A stretch of 64,000 nt of DNA from an uncultured Methylomirabilota bacterium (GCA_963845565.1 CAWJSJ010000002.1:2080001-2144000), one strand, 5' to 3'; shown: positions 52,240 to 62,837, counted from the stretch's first letter. The notes: a model not told the origin generated them from the letters alone. Translations and numbers: made by a program.

Positions 52240-55008
52240 ATGTGGGCAAGAAAACTCCTGCGCTACGGCACCATTCTATGTCTTCTGTTCTCAACGGCGG
52301 CACTTGCCAAAGAGGTCGGTCAGAACGAGGCCAGGACTGTCGCGCAGAATTGGCTCCATCACCTTACGCGCGAAGGCCGATTTGTAGATCATCCCACTGC
52401 TACTCCTCAGATCATTGAGGAGGAGGTCATCGTCTATAACAATTCCGTCGTTGGCTACAATTTTATCCTTCATCCGAGGGGGCACATGATCGTGCCACTT
52501 CGGGACGAACTACCTCCGGTCAAGCTCTATTCTGATACGGCCACGTTGCGGATGGCCGACATGTCTGAGGTGGCAGAGTGGATCAAGGAGGAGCTATTCA
52601 AACTCAACGAAGCGATGGATGCGCACAAGGGGGAACTAGACACCATTGACCATGCCACGACCCATAATGGTAGTCTCTGGTCGCTCTTTGGAGCGGGCGC
52701 CTCGTCTTTCCCCCTGGCATACGAGCGTGCGTCACCCGGGGTCGAATCTCTCTCCATAGGGCCGCTTCTTTCCACGACCTGGAATCAGTCCGCACCATAC
52801 AATATGTATACCCCCTTGTGGTACACGGGGGAAGCTACGGTAACCGGTTGTGTGGCTACCGCGGCTGCCCAGATCATGAAATATTGGAATTTTCCACCCA
52901 CGGGGCAGGGATCTACCTCCTATTCGTGGTCGAACGGAAGCTCTCCGGTGACCCTAAGCAGGGATTTCTCGACGAGCACATATAACTGGGGTTTGATGAA
53001 GAACAACCATACCACGGGCGACACCTCCGCCCAGAAGGATGCGGTGGCCCGGTTGATGTCTGATGTTGGAATTGCGTTTCAGATGGTTTATGGGCCAGCG
53101 AGTTCGGGTGGTTCCGGTGCCAACACGATGTATGGGGTGACGGTCTTTCCAGCGTATTTCAGGTACGCGAATACGATCAGTGGCGCCTATCGAGCCTATT
53201 ACAGTAGCGACAGCGCATGGATGCAGGTGTTCAAGAATGAGGTCCAGAACGGCCGACCGAGTCAACTCCGCCTCAGAGACCCTGCGGCTGGTGGACATTC
53301 CGTCGTGGTCGATGGTTATCGCGATTCCCCATCCGAGCAGATCCATATCAACTTCGGATGGGGTGGATCCTACGATGGTTGGTATGTCACAAGCAATATC
53401 GTTACAGGAGGTTACAGCTGGAGCGATGTCAATTATCAGGCGGCTGTGATTGGGATTTCTCCAACTCCCCTCCCGACCGTCACCAACGTCACCGCCACCC
53501 CGCTGAGCCCCCAGGTTGCCGGGACGCCCATCACCGTCACCGCGACCGCGACCGGGGGCACGGGCTCCTATCAGTTCAAGTGGTGGGTCTGGAACGGGAG
53601 CGCCTGGAGCGTCGGCCAGGACTGGAACGCGAGCCCCACCTTCGGGTGGACCCCCCAGGCCGCCGGCGCCTACGAGGTCCACGCCTGGGTCCGCAATACC
53701 GGCGTGACCGCGGACACCTGGCAGGCCTGGGGCCGCCTCGCGTACACGGTGACGACCGCACCCCTCCCGACCGTCACCAACGTCACCGCCACCCCGCTGA
53801 GCCCCCAGGTTGCCGGGACGCCCATCACCGTCACCGCGACCGCGACCGGGGGCACGGGCTCCTATCAGTTCAAGTGGTGGGTCTGGAACGGGAGCGCCTG
53901 GAGCGTCGGCCAGGACTGGAACGCGAGCCCCACCTTCGGGTGGACCCCCCAGGCCGCCGGCGCCTACGAGGTCCACGCCTGGGTCCGCAATACCGGCGTG
54001 ACCGCGGACACCTGGCAGGCCTGGGGCCGCCTCGCGTACACGGTGACGACCGCACCCCCCCCGACCGTCACCAACGTCACCGCCACCCCGCTGAGCCCCC
54101 AGGTCGCCGGGACGCCCATCACCGTCACGGCGACCGTGACCGGGGGCACGGGCTCCTATCAGTTCAAGTGGTGGGTCTGGAACGGGAGCGCCTGGAGCGT
54201 CGGCCAGGACTGGAATCCGAGCCCCACCTTCGGGTGGACCCCCCAGGCCGCCGGCGCCTACGAGGTCCACGCCTGGGTCCGCAATAACGGCGTGACCGCG
54301 GACACCTGGCAGGCCTGGGGCCGCCTCGTGTACACGGTGACGACCGCACCCCTCCCGACCGTCACCAACGTCACCGCCACCCCGCTGAGCCCCCAGGTCG
54401 CCGGGACGCCCATCACCGTCACGGCGACCGCGACCGGGGGCACGGGCTCCTATCAGTTCAAGTGGTGGGTCTGGAACGGGAGCGCCTGGAGCGTCGGCCA
54501 GGACTGGAACGCGAGCACCACCTTCGGGTGGACCCCCCAGGCCGCCGGCGCCTACGAGGTCCACGCCTGGGTCCGCAATACCGGCGTGACCGCGGACACC
54601 TGGCAGGCCTGGGGCCGCCTCGTGTACACGGTGACGACCAACCTGGCGGCGTATCAACCCCTGGGATGGTCGGACGCCATCGTGGTGGCAGCGGTGAGCG
54701 GGTCCAAGGCGGATGCCGGGACCTACGTCCGGGGGCAGACCTACGACCTGAACGCTGCAGTGGGGAACTACGGGACCGGAGCCATTCTGGGGCGTTACTA
54801 CGTGGACTTCTATGATAACGACGTCCCGATCGGGACGGGTTACGTCGACACCCACCCCGCGGGCTACTTTGTCTCCTGGGAGAGTGCGGCGTACGCGTTC
54901 AGTACGGCGGGCACCCATGTGCTCAAGATGGTGATCGACTCCACGAACGTCGTCCCGGAGACCAAGGAGGCCGACAACGTGTATAGCAAGGCGCTCTTCG
55001 TGAACTGA
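52240..55008 (+). CDS. C10 (streptopain/SpeB-like) cysteine peptidase with propeptide, 4 Trp-rich repeats and a CARDB-like C-terminal domain
   Basis: WNQSAPYN, TGCVATAAAQIMKY, GGHSVVVDGY, HINFGWGG; C-terminal DSTNVVPETKEADN. Confidence 0.9.
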   Translation: MWARKLLRYGTILCLLFSTAALAKEVGQNEARTVAQNWLHHLTREGRFVDHPTATPQIIEEEVIVYNNSVVGYNFILHPRGHMIVPLRDELPPVKLYSDTATLRMADMSEVAEWIKEELFKLNEAMDAHKGELDTIDHATTHNGSLWSLFGAGASSFPLAYERASPGVESLSIGPLLSTTWNQSAPYNMYTPLWYTGEATVTGCVATAAAQIMKYWNFPPTGQGSTSYSWSNGSSPVTLSRDFSTSTYNWGLMKNNHTTGDTSAQKDAVARLMSDVGIAFQMVYGPASSGGSGANTMYGVTVFPAYFRYANTISGAYRAYYSSDSAWMQVFKNEVQNGRPSQLRLRDPAAGGHSVVVDGYRDSPSEQIHINFGWGGSYDGWYVTSNIVTGGYSWSDVNYQAAVIGISPTPLPTVTNVTATPLSPQVAGTPITVTATATGGTGSYQFKWWVWNGSAWSVGQDWNASPTFGWTPQAAGAYEVHAWVRNTGVTADTWQAWGRLAYTVTTAPLPTVTNVTATPLSPQVAGTPITVTATATGGTGSYQFKWWVWNGSAWSVGQDWNASPTFGWTPQAAGAYEVHAWVRNTGVTADTWQAWGRLAYTVTTAPPPTVTNVTATPLSPQVAGTPITVTATVTGGTGSYQFKWWVWNGSAWSVGQDWNPSPTFGWTPQAAGAYEVHAWVRNNGVTADTWQAWGRLVYTVTTAPLPTVTNVTATPLSPQVAGTPITVTATATGGTGSYQFKWWVWNGSAWSVGQDWNASTTFGWTPQAAGAYEVHAWVRNTGVTADTWQAWGRLVYTVTTNLAAYQPLGWSDAIVVAAVSGSKADAGTYVRGQTYDLNAAVGNYGTGAILGRYYVDFYDNDVPIGTGYVDTHPAGYFVSWESAAYAFSTAGTHVLKMVIDSTNVVPETKEADNVYSKALFVN
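53467..54638 (+). repeat. Four tandem near-identical 294-bp (98-aa) intragenic repeats
   Basis: Units start at 53467, 53761, 54055, 54349. Confidence 0.95.
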
Positions 55009-55178
55009 CGCCGCTCCTTTGTGAGAACACCCCCGGTTCGCTTGTTGGACTTGCCCGACAGCCATTCCAAGGACTCAGCGCGACCCAGGGCATGCGCTCC
55101 GCACACCACGCTTGCAGATTGGCACCGCAACCTCACTTCCACCTCTTTGCCATTCAGCGACGAGTGACTTCTTCCCGC

Positions 55179-56264
55179 TTACACCCAGGGTCTAAAGAAC
55201 TCTCGGAACTTCCGGGTTTCATCGGCGGTCTCCATCACGATCTGAAGGTACAGGCCATCCGGCGAGAGGTGTGACCGGAGGAGCGTGAGGTCGTCGAGGT
55301 CGAGCTTCCCGCGAATCAGCAGGCTCCGCCGTCGCGCCTGGACCATCTTGAAGAACGGCATCATCTCCGCGATGGCCGCGTTGCCGACGTCCTTGTTGAT
55401 CTGGATGCAGCCGAGCGATTCGATGTCGAGGATGCGATCCAAGAGGAACAGGGACGAGGAGTGCAGGTGGATGGCGGCGTACGGAAACGCCTCGGCCATC
55501 CGCCGGTCCCAGGGCTGCAGGAGGGTGGTGTACAGATCGGGAGAAAAGAGGGCGGACGAATCCTCTTGGAGGCGGGCCAGCCGGTCCGGGGCCCAGATGC
55601 CCAACTGCTCGATGAGATATCCCCCAGCGAACGGGCCGGTAATTCCGTGCTGCGCGCGGACCAATCCGATCGCGAAATCCGTGCAGCCCTCGGCCAGGCG
55701 TCTAAAGTCGTCCGGATGGTCGTAAAAATCGAAGATCATCTCCGAGGAACCGCGCATTGCGGCGATCATATCGGAGGGGCCCCGGAGAATGGGTTGGCCG
55801 ACGGGGACTCGGTCGCCGAAATGCCTCTTCAGTGTCGCCACGAATTCCAGATATTTTCGCCGCCAGGGATTCTCGTCGGTGAAATCGACCCCGGGAAGAT
55901 CCGCGTATTCAAACCCTCCCTCTTCGGCCCAGATGGATTCCTCGCCGATCTGGACGCGGCACCCCAGCATTGCTTCAAGCCACGGGAAAGGCGGGATCGG
56001 GGCCAGGCCCCGGATCATGTCGTCCTCGACGCCGTCCCAGAGAGCCACGACCCCTTCGTAATCGTCCAGGAACTCCTCGGGGTTGAGATCGTCCGGGGCG
56101 AGCGCCACCTTGCCACGGAGTTTCTGCATGGCCCGGTAGCTCTGCAGGGGAAACCACCCCCCCACGGAGAATCCAATCAGGGGGCGCCCAACCGGTGTGC
56201 GGTTCCAGAACCGACGGTAGCGGTCGATCTTGCCTGCGACGGTTGAGGGAGGTGTACTTGTCAC
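55179..56264 (-). CDS. Uroporphyrinogen decarboxylase-like TIM-barrel family protein
   Basis: RGPSDMIAAMRG...DFYDHP, QEDSSALFSP, IHLH. Confidence 0.65.
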   Translation of the reverse strand: MTSTPPSTVAGKIDRYRRFWNRTPVGRPLIGFSVGGWFPLQSYRAMQKLRGKVALAPDDLNPEEFLDDYEGVVALWDGVEDDMIRGLAPIPPFPWLEAMLGCRVQIGEESIWAEEGGFEYADLPGVDFTDENPWRRKYLEFVATLKRHFGDRVPVGQPILRGPSDMIAAMRGSSEMIFDFYDHPDDFRRLAEGCTDFAIGLVRAQHGITGPFAGGYLIEQLGIWAPDRLARLQEDSSALFSPDLYTTLLQPWDRRMAEAFPYAAIHLHSSSLFLLDRILDIESLGCIQINKDVGNAAIAEMMPFFKMVQARRRSLLIRGKLDLDDLTLLRSHLSPDGLYLQIVMETADETRKFREFFRPWV

Positions 56265-56976
56265 GTGGGTTCTCCTGGCAGCGTGGGCTGTTTCCCTTCG
56301 AGAGATGCGTGTCAGCTTGCCTGAGCCGCGCCGCGAGTGTCAAGGGGAAAGCCGTCTCGCTAATTGTTTTAACGAGACATCGGTGACCTCCTTTCTGTGG
56401 GATGCACTCCTGGTCTATCCCAGGAGCCCGAAAGCCTCACCCATGTCTGTTTACAATAAAGGGTTACTTTGTTTCGCCTTGACAAGGAATTGATACGGGA
56501 GTTACCTAATGCGAAATGGTTCTTCAGACGGAGGAATTTGTTCTGGCGTTTCGCGGGACGCCGGCTCCGTCCCTCCAATCGGAACCGGATCCGATCTGAG
56601 CCACGCGCTGGACGACCTGGCGACGAGACCGGAATCCGGTCTTCCGGTCTACGGGACTTGCGGGCGGTTTCAGTTCATCGACTGGAATGACGGAATCCAG
56701 CCGCGGATTCCCGGGAGTTGACGATCACGCGCAACTTGAACCTGGCCAAAGCGGTGGCGGAGTTCAGGTTGTCCGAAATCATCGCCGATCACTCGCGCGG
56801 CGGTGGGTACTGCCGCGGGCCATGTGCAGCCCCTGATCCGGCGCCTTGACGGTGGGGCAGCAAGCAGACCGGGAACCGGTCACGATCTGTGATCGCCGTC
56901 AGACGTCTTGGATTTCACCGCGATCCTGGCCACGGCTTCACGCCGCGATGCAATGTTACCACGGGGGGGAATCGCT

Positions 56977-57777
56977 ATGCCGGTCAGTCCCAGTTTGCCC
57001 CGTAAGGTGCTCGTGGTTCATGGGGTCCAGTCCAGCGACACCACCCTCAACCAGGACGCCCTCATCAATGAGCTGATCAGGGCCCGCATTGATAACATCC
57101 CCCTGTCTTATGAGTGTGAACTCTACCGATACGAAAACCTCAACGTGGACGCCTTGCAGAAGTACAATACACTCCTCGGTCTGCTGGTGGCGAATCCGAT
57201 CGGCACGGCCATCGGCGGAGCGATCCTTGAAATGATCGGAGATGTGGTGATCTCTCTGCAGAATAGCGCAACCGCCAACAAGATTCGAAGGGGGTTGCGC
57301 CAAAAGGTCCTGGCGATCTTTGAAGCCGGCAACCCCTGCTATATCGTGGCCCACAGTCTCGGCTCCATCTACACCTTTGACGTCCTCAACGCTCTAATCG
57401 CCTCCCGCAGCTATTTCGACCGCAGTTCTCGCAAGACCTGGCCGGTCCAAGGACTGTTGACCATCGGCTCGCCCATTGGCCTTGATATGTTCCAGGCAAC
57501 CGGCCGCAACGCAATCAAGGACTTCGGCGCGGGAGACAAATGGTTTCGGTGGCTGAACATCTGGGATCCCAATGATCCGGTCGTCTCGGGGAACATCTTC
57601 GGCCAACACCTGTCCGGGTACAAGATTGGCGAAAAGTTTCTCTCCGGCGACCCCAATCAAGGATGGGTGATCCGGGATATCTCCACCGATACCGGCAAGA
57701 GTTGGCTCATGGCCCATACGGCTTACTGGCATAGCCCGATTGTTGGTGACAAACTGGTCGACATGATGACGTCTTAG
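56977..57777 (+). CDS. Alpha/beta-hydrolase-fold protein
   Basis: VVHG, AHSLGS nucleophile elbow, TIGSPIG, WLNIWDPNDPV, AHTAYW. Confidence 0.78.
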   Translation: MPVSPSLPRKVLVVHGVQSSDTTLNQDALINELIRARIDNIPLSYECELYRYENLNVDALQKYNTLLGLLVANPIGTAIGGAILEMIGDVVISLQNSATANKIRRGLRQKVLAIFEAGNPCYIVAHSLGSIYTFDVLNALIASRSYFDRSSRKTWPVQGLLTIGSPIGLDMFQATGRNAIKDFGAGDKWFRWLNIWDPNDPVVSGNIFGQHLSGYKIGEKFLSGDPNQGWVIRDISTDTGKSWLMAHTAYWHSPIVGDKLVDMMTS

Positions 57778-57878
57778 GAGCCGTTACGAAATACCTTAGC
57801 CATTTTTGTAATTTTGTTACGGCTCCTTATGCCGTTTCCGAATGTCTCCGGTCAAGTTATTCTTTGACAGCGGCTTAG
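57773..57878 (-). repeat. Repeat family B copy 3
   Basis: Reverse complement aligns with 1756-1858; overlaps the TAG stop of the upstream gene. Confidence 0.85.
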
Positions 57879-57899
57879 CCGGTGGGATGGAGGGCAGCA

Positions 57900-58456
57900 A
57901 TGATTTCCAGACGTTTTCTGCTGCTTGCGATGACCCTGTGGCTGATCGCGGGGTGCGCGAATTCCCTTTACCAGGGGGAACTGGCCGCCGCGGATGCCTA
58001 CGGCAAGGACCGGCACTTTCCTTGCTCTACTGGACCAAGAGCGACCCATTGCTCGGGCAGGCAAAAGCCGGCCCAGCGATTCTCCTGACCGAATGCAGTC
58101 CGCTCACCCGGATTGAATTCGGCGATCGACCGGAAGGCATCGTCTTTCGAGGAATGCCCGGCTTTGACGTCTTACCGGGACAGGCTGGGGCGGTCAATCC
58201 GGACCCAGTCTGCGGGACGATCCTCAATTACCCCACCCTGGCCGACGCCCACGCAGGGCCGTTAGCAGTGGCCATCTACTGTCAGCCGGCGCCGGGGGAC
58301 GGCTTCGCCGTGCAACCGCGCAACTACCTGGCCGCCCGCCCAGAGCCGTATGTCTTCTCGGTCGATGAGAAGATCAAGAAATGGAGCCTCGGCGGAGAGA
58401 CCCTGGCAGGGCCGCCGGTGCCGGAGTGCCGGGAATCGCGGATGCCCAACCAATGA
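57900..58456 (+). CDS. Hypothetical lipoprotein (one frameshift near 58020)
   Basis: Lipobox LIAG-C; continues as LLYWTKSDPLLG... in the adjacent frame to TGA 58456. Confidence 0.7.
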
Positions 58457-58472
58457 CCACAACGGAGGCAGC

Positions 58473-60746
58473 ATGAAAACTCTCTGGTTCGTCCTACTGC
58501 TCCTGGCCGCCCTCACCCCCGCCTGCGTTTCTCCGCGTGCGGTGGGACTCACGACTGAAGCCCTGACCCGGAACGCATCTGTTTGGCCATTGGAAATTGC
58601 CGAGGGGCGCGTCTATACGGACAACGATGCGGCGTTCCTTTCCAAGCTGCGAATGGTCGAAGGGGCCCGCAAGTCCATTGATCTGAGCTACTACATCTTC
58701 GTGGACGACCACAGCTCGTCAGCGCTGATCAAGGCGCTCGTCGACGCGGCCGGCCGCGGTGTCAAGGTGCGGCTCATCGTGGATTACCAGACGAACTACA
58801 AACACCTCGACCTGTACTCGCTGATGGAGAAGGAAGGGAAAGGGAATCTCCAGGTCAGAATGTACGGCCGCCCAACCGCGAATATCGTCAAGGATGCGGT
58901 GTTCATGACCATGGGATGCGGCAAGGAGATGGCGGGGACCCGGGCGGGCCAATGCAGCGCCGACAAGTTCGCCGCCATCGATAAGCTCTTCGCCGACGAG
59001 ACCATTGGAGGCGTGTCGGCGGCCGGCCGGAATATCTCCAACCTGAACATCGGCAATTCCGGGCTGTTTCTTTCGGGTATCTACGCCAAGCGAGCCGACG
59101 TGGTGGCCCTGGCCGCCCAGCAAGGGCAAGGCGTTGACGTGCAGCAGTTGCGGGCGCAAGGGTCCTCCGCTTCCCCCAACGAGAAGGAGCGGCTGAAGTC
59201 GCTGGGCAAAGATTATTGGCGAGCCAAGACCGGGGCGCCGTTCCAGCGCGTGGAGGCCAATGCTGAGTTGTTCTTCGCCTTTGCCGCGTACGGCCAGCAG
59301 TTGAATCCGCTCAAGGACACCGTCACCTCGCTTCTCCCAGTCGGTCGGACAATCAGCGACACCGAAACGCGGGACTGGGATCACTTTACCGACTACACCC
59401 ACCACAAGTTACTGCTGGTGGACGGGACCGCGGTGCAGCTCGGAGGCCGGAATGTGGAGAACTCCTACCACATGCACCCGAATCCGCTGGTGAGCAAGTA
59501 TGTCTTCATGGATACCGACCTCTACGCCAAGCTCACCCAGGGGGGAGAGGCGCTCACGCAGGCGTTCGAGAGTCTCTGGAGCTTCGCCCCCATGGTGGCC
59601 TCCCTGGCCGAGGTGCGCCAGCACGCGCCCAACGATGTTGTCGTGAACATCAAGTACGCCGAGACCCGCTGCGAAACGCGGAAAGAAAAACGGCAGCGCG
59701 AAGAGTGCGTGGCCAAGGAGATGCAGACGAACTTCCATGACCTTGGAACGCGAATGGCTGACGCCAAGCGCACTGTGGACGAGAACGCCCGAGTGTACCT
59801 GACCAAGTACTTGCCTGCACTTCCGCCGCAGCCGGGGCCGGGGTTTGCCCTGGACAAGGGAAGTACCCTCGCCTATCTGGAGAACCTCCCGTTCAACAAG
59901 CAACTCCCCGCCGAGAGGCGGCAGCGCACCTATGGGGCACTTGCCGGCGAGGAGGCGGAGGACGGGAAGTACATCCACGATTCGTGGCTCAAGGCGATCC
60001 CCGGGGTCTGCGCGGCAGCAGCGCCCGGGAACCCGAAGCGGATTGTCCTCCACAACGCCTATTTCCTGCTCCCCGCCAACCTCACCTATGCGATGAGCCA
60101 GCTGGTGGACGGCACCTATGATTGCTCCAACGTGACCGTGACCGTCTTGACCAACTCTTTCGGGACCACCGACCTGAACGTGGTCAATATCGTCGCTCGC
60201 CATGCCCTCAAGGCGTTCACCGAATTCTACCAGCAGCACAGCGATCCGGCGCGGCGGGCGACATTCGAGTATTACGAGTATCAACCCCCCGCGACAGGTC
60301 CCAACCCCTCTCTGCACAGCAAGGTGTCCGTTTTCGGTGATGAGATCATGATCGGCTCGGCCAATGCCGACGTGCGGAGCTTCATGATGGACAGCAACAA
60401 TGCCGTGCTGATTCGGAACGCCCCCGCCTTCCACCGCGAGTACCTGGCCTACATCCAAGGGATTCTTGCGGACGCGGCCAGGTCAAAGAACGTCAACGAT
60501 TCCCTCGCCAACACCCCGCGCGACGTGATGCTGCGGGAGGACCTCGCCTCCTTCCGGCAGATCATGGCCAAGTACGGCGCCGACACACGATTGAATGCCG
60601 GGGAGAAAGCAGGGGTCGAGGCGCGCTTCACCCAGATGCTGAATGATGCCTACGGACTGACGCGAGATTCGATCTCCCCCGATCTGTCGCCCGGCAGGCG
60701 TCGGGAAAACCAGAACCGGTTCAACGAGATGTTCAAGCCGATCTAA
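58473..60746 (+). CDS. Phospholipase D superfamily protein, probable lipoprotein
   Basis: HHKLLLVD...GGRN and HSKVSVFGD...GSANAD; SIDLSYYI, RGVKVRLIVD; N-terminal LTPA-C. Confidence 0.88.
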   Translation: MKTLWFVLLLLAALTPACVSPRAVGLTTEALTRNASVWPLEIAEGRVYTDNDAAFLSKLRMVEGARKSIDLSYYIFVDDHSSSALIKALVDAAGRGVKVRLIVDYQTNYKHLDLYSLMEKEGKGNLQVRMYGRPTANIVKDAVFMTMGCGKEMAGTRAGQCSADKFAAIDKLFADETIGGVSAAGRNISNLNIGNSGLFLSGIYAKRADVVALAAQQGQGVDVQQLRAQGSSASPNEKERLKSLGKDYWRAKTGAPFQRVEANAELFFAFAAYGQQLNPLKDTVTSLLPVGRTISDTETRDWDHFTDYTHHKLLLVDGTAVQLGGRNVENSYHMHPNPLVSKYVFMDTDLYAKLTQGGEALTQAFESLWSFAPMVASLAEVRQHAPNDVVVNIKYAETRCETRKEKRQREECVAKEMQTNFHDLGTRMADAKRTVDENARVYLTKYLPALPPQPGPGFALDKGSTLAYLENLPFNKQLPAERRQRTYGALAGEEAEDGKYIHDSWLKAIPGVCAAAAPGNPKRIVLHNAYFLLPANLTYAMSQLVDGTYDCSNVTVTVLTNSFGTTDLNVVNIVARHALKAFTEFYQQHSDPARRATFEYYEYQPPATGPNPSLHSKVSVFGDEIMIGSANADVRSFMMDSNNAVLIRNAPAFHREYLAYIQGILADAARSKNVNDSLANTPRDVMLREDLASFRQIMAKYGADTRLNAGEKAGVEARFTQMLNDAYGLTRDSISPDLSPGRRRENQNRFNEMFKPI

Positions 60747-60991
60747 TGAGGGAACGCTTTTGTCGGGGGACCGCAACAGGCGGACGATCTCAATAACAGG
60801 TCGGCAAGAAAGAGCGTGAAGGAGGCCCGCCAGTCGCCTCGGAGGCTCCGGAGCGCCGGACACAGGACGTGTTCGGCGCTCTCGTGTCCCGCGACACTGC
60901 GGATGGGGTGGCGCTTTCTGTGATCCGTAATAGCTCGGTCCGTCCCAGATCAAACCACGTCGACGGTTCCTCTCGGAAACGGCCGACCGAA

Positions 60992-62185
60992 ATGGACGCA
61001 GCGCTTGGAGGATTCGAGCGGGGGCGGATCCGGCTCTCCGCCCTGGCCGCCGAGGCGGCCCTCAGCCTGATGGGGTACGCCTCGCTTCGCCCCCTTCCCC
61101 CGCCTCGGCTGGCAATTCCCCATGACAGGGCTCATCCAGACGATTTGTGGCGCCAGATCGACACCATTCCCCGCCAAGAACGAGACGAAAGCGCTTTCGC
61201 CAGTACGATTCGCATGGCCAAGGGCGACGTGTGGCGAAAATTGGCCGACCAGGTGGTCGGGGTGGCCGGAATCGGCTCGATACCCCGCCACCTCCACCAG
61301 ATCCACGTGGCTATGCCCTCCGGCCGAGCCCCCCTTCACGGCCTGCTCCATCTCCCGGAGTCCGCGCGGCCATGGGTGATCCTGGTCCATGGTCTGTACG
61401 ACAGCAAACACAGCCGGTACGTCGTCCTGCTAGCGCAGGCTCTGATCCGACAGGGGTTCGGCGTGCTGATCCCTGACATGCGATGGCACGGATGCCTGCT
61501 TTCTCTGGACTGGCTTCCGACGCTGGGCATCGAGGAGGCGCTGGACTTGCTCGAGTGGGGGCAATGGCTAACGCGGAGTCATCCTGGTCATCCCGTCGGT
61601 CTGCTGGGATTCAGCCTCGGCGGGCTGGATGTGATCCACGCCCTCGGCCGGGTGGACGCGGGAGAGGTCTTCCAGGCGGGCGGGATTGCCATCTCCCCGC
61701 CGGCCTCGCTCCGAGGGACTCTCGACACGCTGGACGCCGCCGCCTCGTTCTGGACCCTCGGGCTGGACGCGGTCCTGCGGAAGTTTTTTCAGCAGGCGCT
61801 GGGGACCCGAATGCGGGCGCTGGGGATCGGGCGGAACGGTGGAGGGCGCTTCGCCCAGTTCCTGGAGTGGATGGTGAGTCGCCTGACCCGGGGGCCGGAA
61901 TTCACATCCTCGCGCTTCTTCGATCTGGCGGATCCTTCCTCGCGGCTTCCTGCCTGCCAAAGGCCGCTCTTGATTCTCGCCTCCCGAAACGATCCGATCT
62001 ACCGGGAGCCGACGGCAGCACGCCTGGTCGAGAAGGCGAAGGGCAACGCCCTCGTGCGCGTGATCGAGACCCCCGGCGGGGGTCACATCGGCCAGCCTGG
62101 GATCTACCCGCAGTGGATGGCGGAGATTCTGAATCAGTTCTTCAGCCTGGCAGCGGGGGTGTCCGGACCTCCCATCACACGCTGA
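60992..62185 (+). CDS. Alpha/beta hydrolase (YheT-like)
   Basis: LVHGL, DMRWHG, GFSLGG, NDP, GGGH; start uncertain. Confidence 0.8.
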   Translation: MDAALGGFERGRIRLSALAAEAALSLMGYASLRPLPPPRLAIPHDRAHPDDLWRQIDTIPRQERDESAFASTIRMAKGDVWRKLADQVVGVAGIGSIPRHLHQIHVAMPSGRAPLHGLLHLPESARPWVILVHGLYDSKHSRYVVLLAQALIRQGFGVLIPDMRWHGCLLSLDWLPTLGIEEALDLLEWGQWLTRSHPGHPVGLLGFSLGGLDVIHALGRVDAGEVFQAGGIAISPPASLRGTLDTLDAAASFWTLGLDAVLRKFFQQALGTRMRALGIGRNGGGRFAQFLEWMVSRLTRGPEFTSSRFFDLADPSSRLPACQRPLLILASRNDPIYREPTAARLVEKAKGNALVRVIETPGGGHIGQPGIYPQWMAEILNQFFSLAAGVSGPPITR

Positions 62186-62192
62186 GCCAGTC

Positions 62193-62837
62193 TCATTTGG
62201 GCTTGCGAGCGCGACGGGCGACGCTCGCCAACAGGTCGGGCAGACTCTGCGTGATGGCCAGATTGTACGCCCAGCGGGGGATCAGGCCGCCTGGATCGGT
62301 GAACACATGATAGAGGAGCAGGGTCTTCCCCGGCCCGTCCTCGGTGAGCACCCAGGCCCCGCGAGTCTCGCTGATATTGCCGGAGCCCGGGACATAGGTC
62401 CAGGCAGATTCCCACACCCGCTGCATCCCGTCCCCCCTGATCCCGTTGGTGATCCGCACGTCGTACTGCCGATCGGTGATCGGGAACGGGAGGCCGAGTT
62501 CCTGATGATTGATGATCGTCCCATCGATCTGCCGCTCCGCGCGGGAGGTCTTCACGTACGGCATGAACTCGGTGAACTTCTCGACGTCGGTGAGGACCTC
62601 GAAGAGCCGCTCCGGTGCGGAATCCATCAGGGCGACTGCGACGACCTCCGTGAGCCGCTCCGGCCCCAGCGGCATCAACTGCACCACATTCTTCCCGCTC
62701 AAGACATCCCGCTGCTGCTCCTCGGAAAGACGGACCGGCAGGCGATCGAAGCTCTCCTGCGCCCGGGCGATTCCCGGCGACCCGAGCAGGGTCAGGAGCA
62801 TCAGAGCAGTCGCGAGGCGGCGCGGTGACGGACTCAT
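62193..62837 (-). CDS. Exported SRPBCC/START-domain protein
   Basis: Signal peptide; APERLFEVLTD, EFMPY, PFPITDR, DPGGLIPRW. Confidence 0.82.
   Translation of the reverse strand: MSPSPRRLATALMLLTLLGSPGIARAQESFDRLPVRLSEEQQRDVLSGKNVVQLMPLGPERLTEVVAVALMDSAPERLFEVLTDVEKFTEFMPYVKTSRAERQIDGTIINHQELGLPFPITDRQYDVRITNGIRGDGMQRVWESAWTYVPGSGNISETRGAWVLTEDGPGKTLLLYHVFTDPGGLIPRWAYNLAITQSLPDLLASVARRARKPK

Noticed and set aside
53467..54638. CRISPR array or DGR template/variable repeats
   Set aside because: Units are 294-bp in-frame coding repeats with no unique spacers; no cas gene or reverse transcriptase, and no clear adenine-specific variation
56300..56900. AT-richer 600-bp intergenic region with two TTGACA hexamers
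   Set aside because: Probably divergent promoters, but no convincing -10 at correct spacing and no supportable ORF or RNA structure
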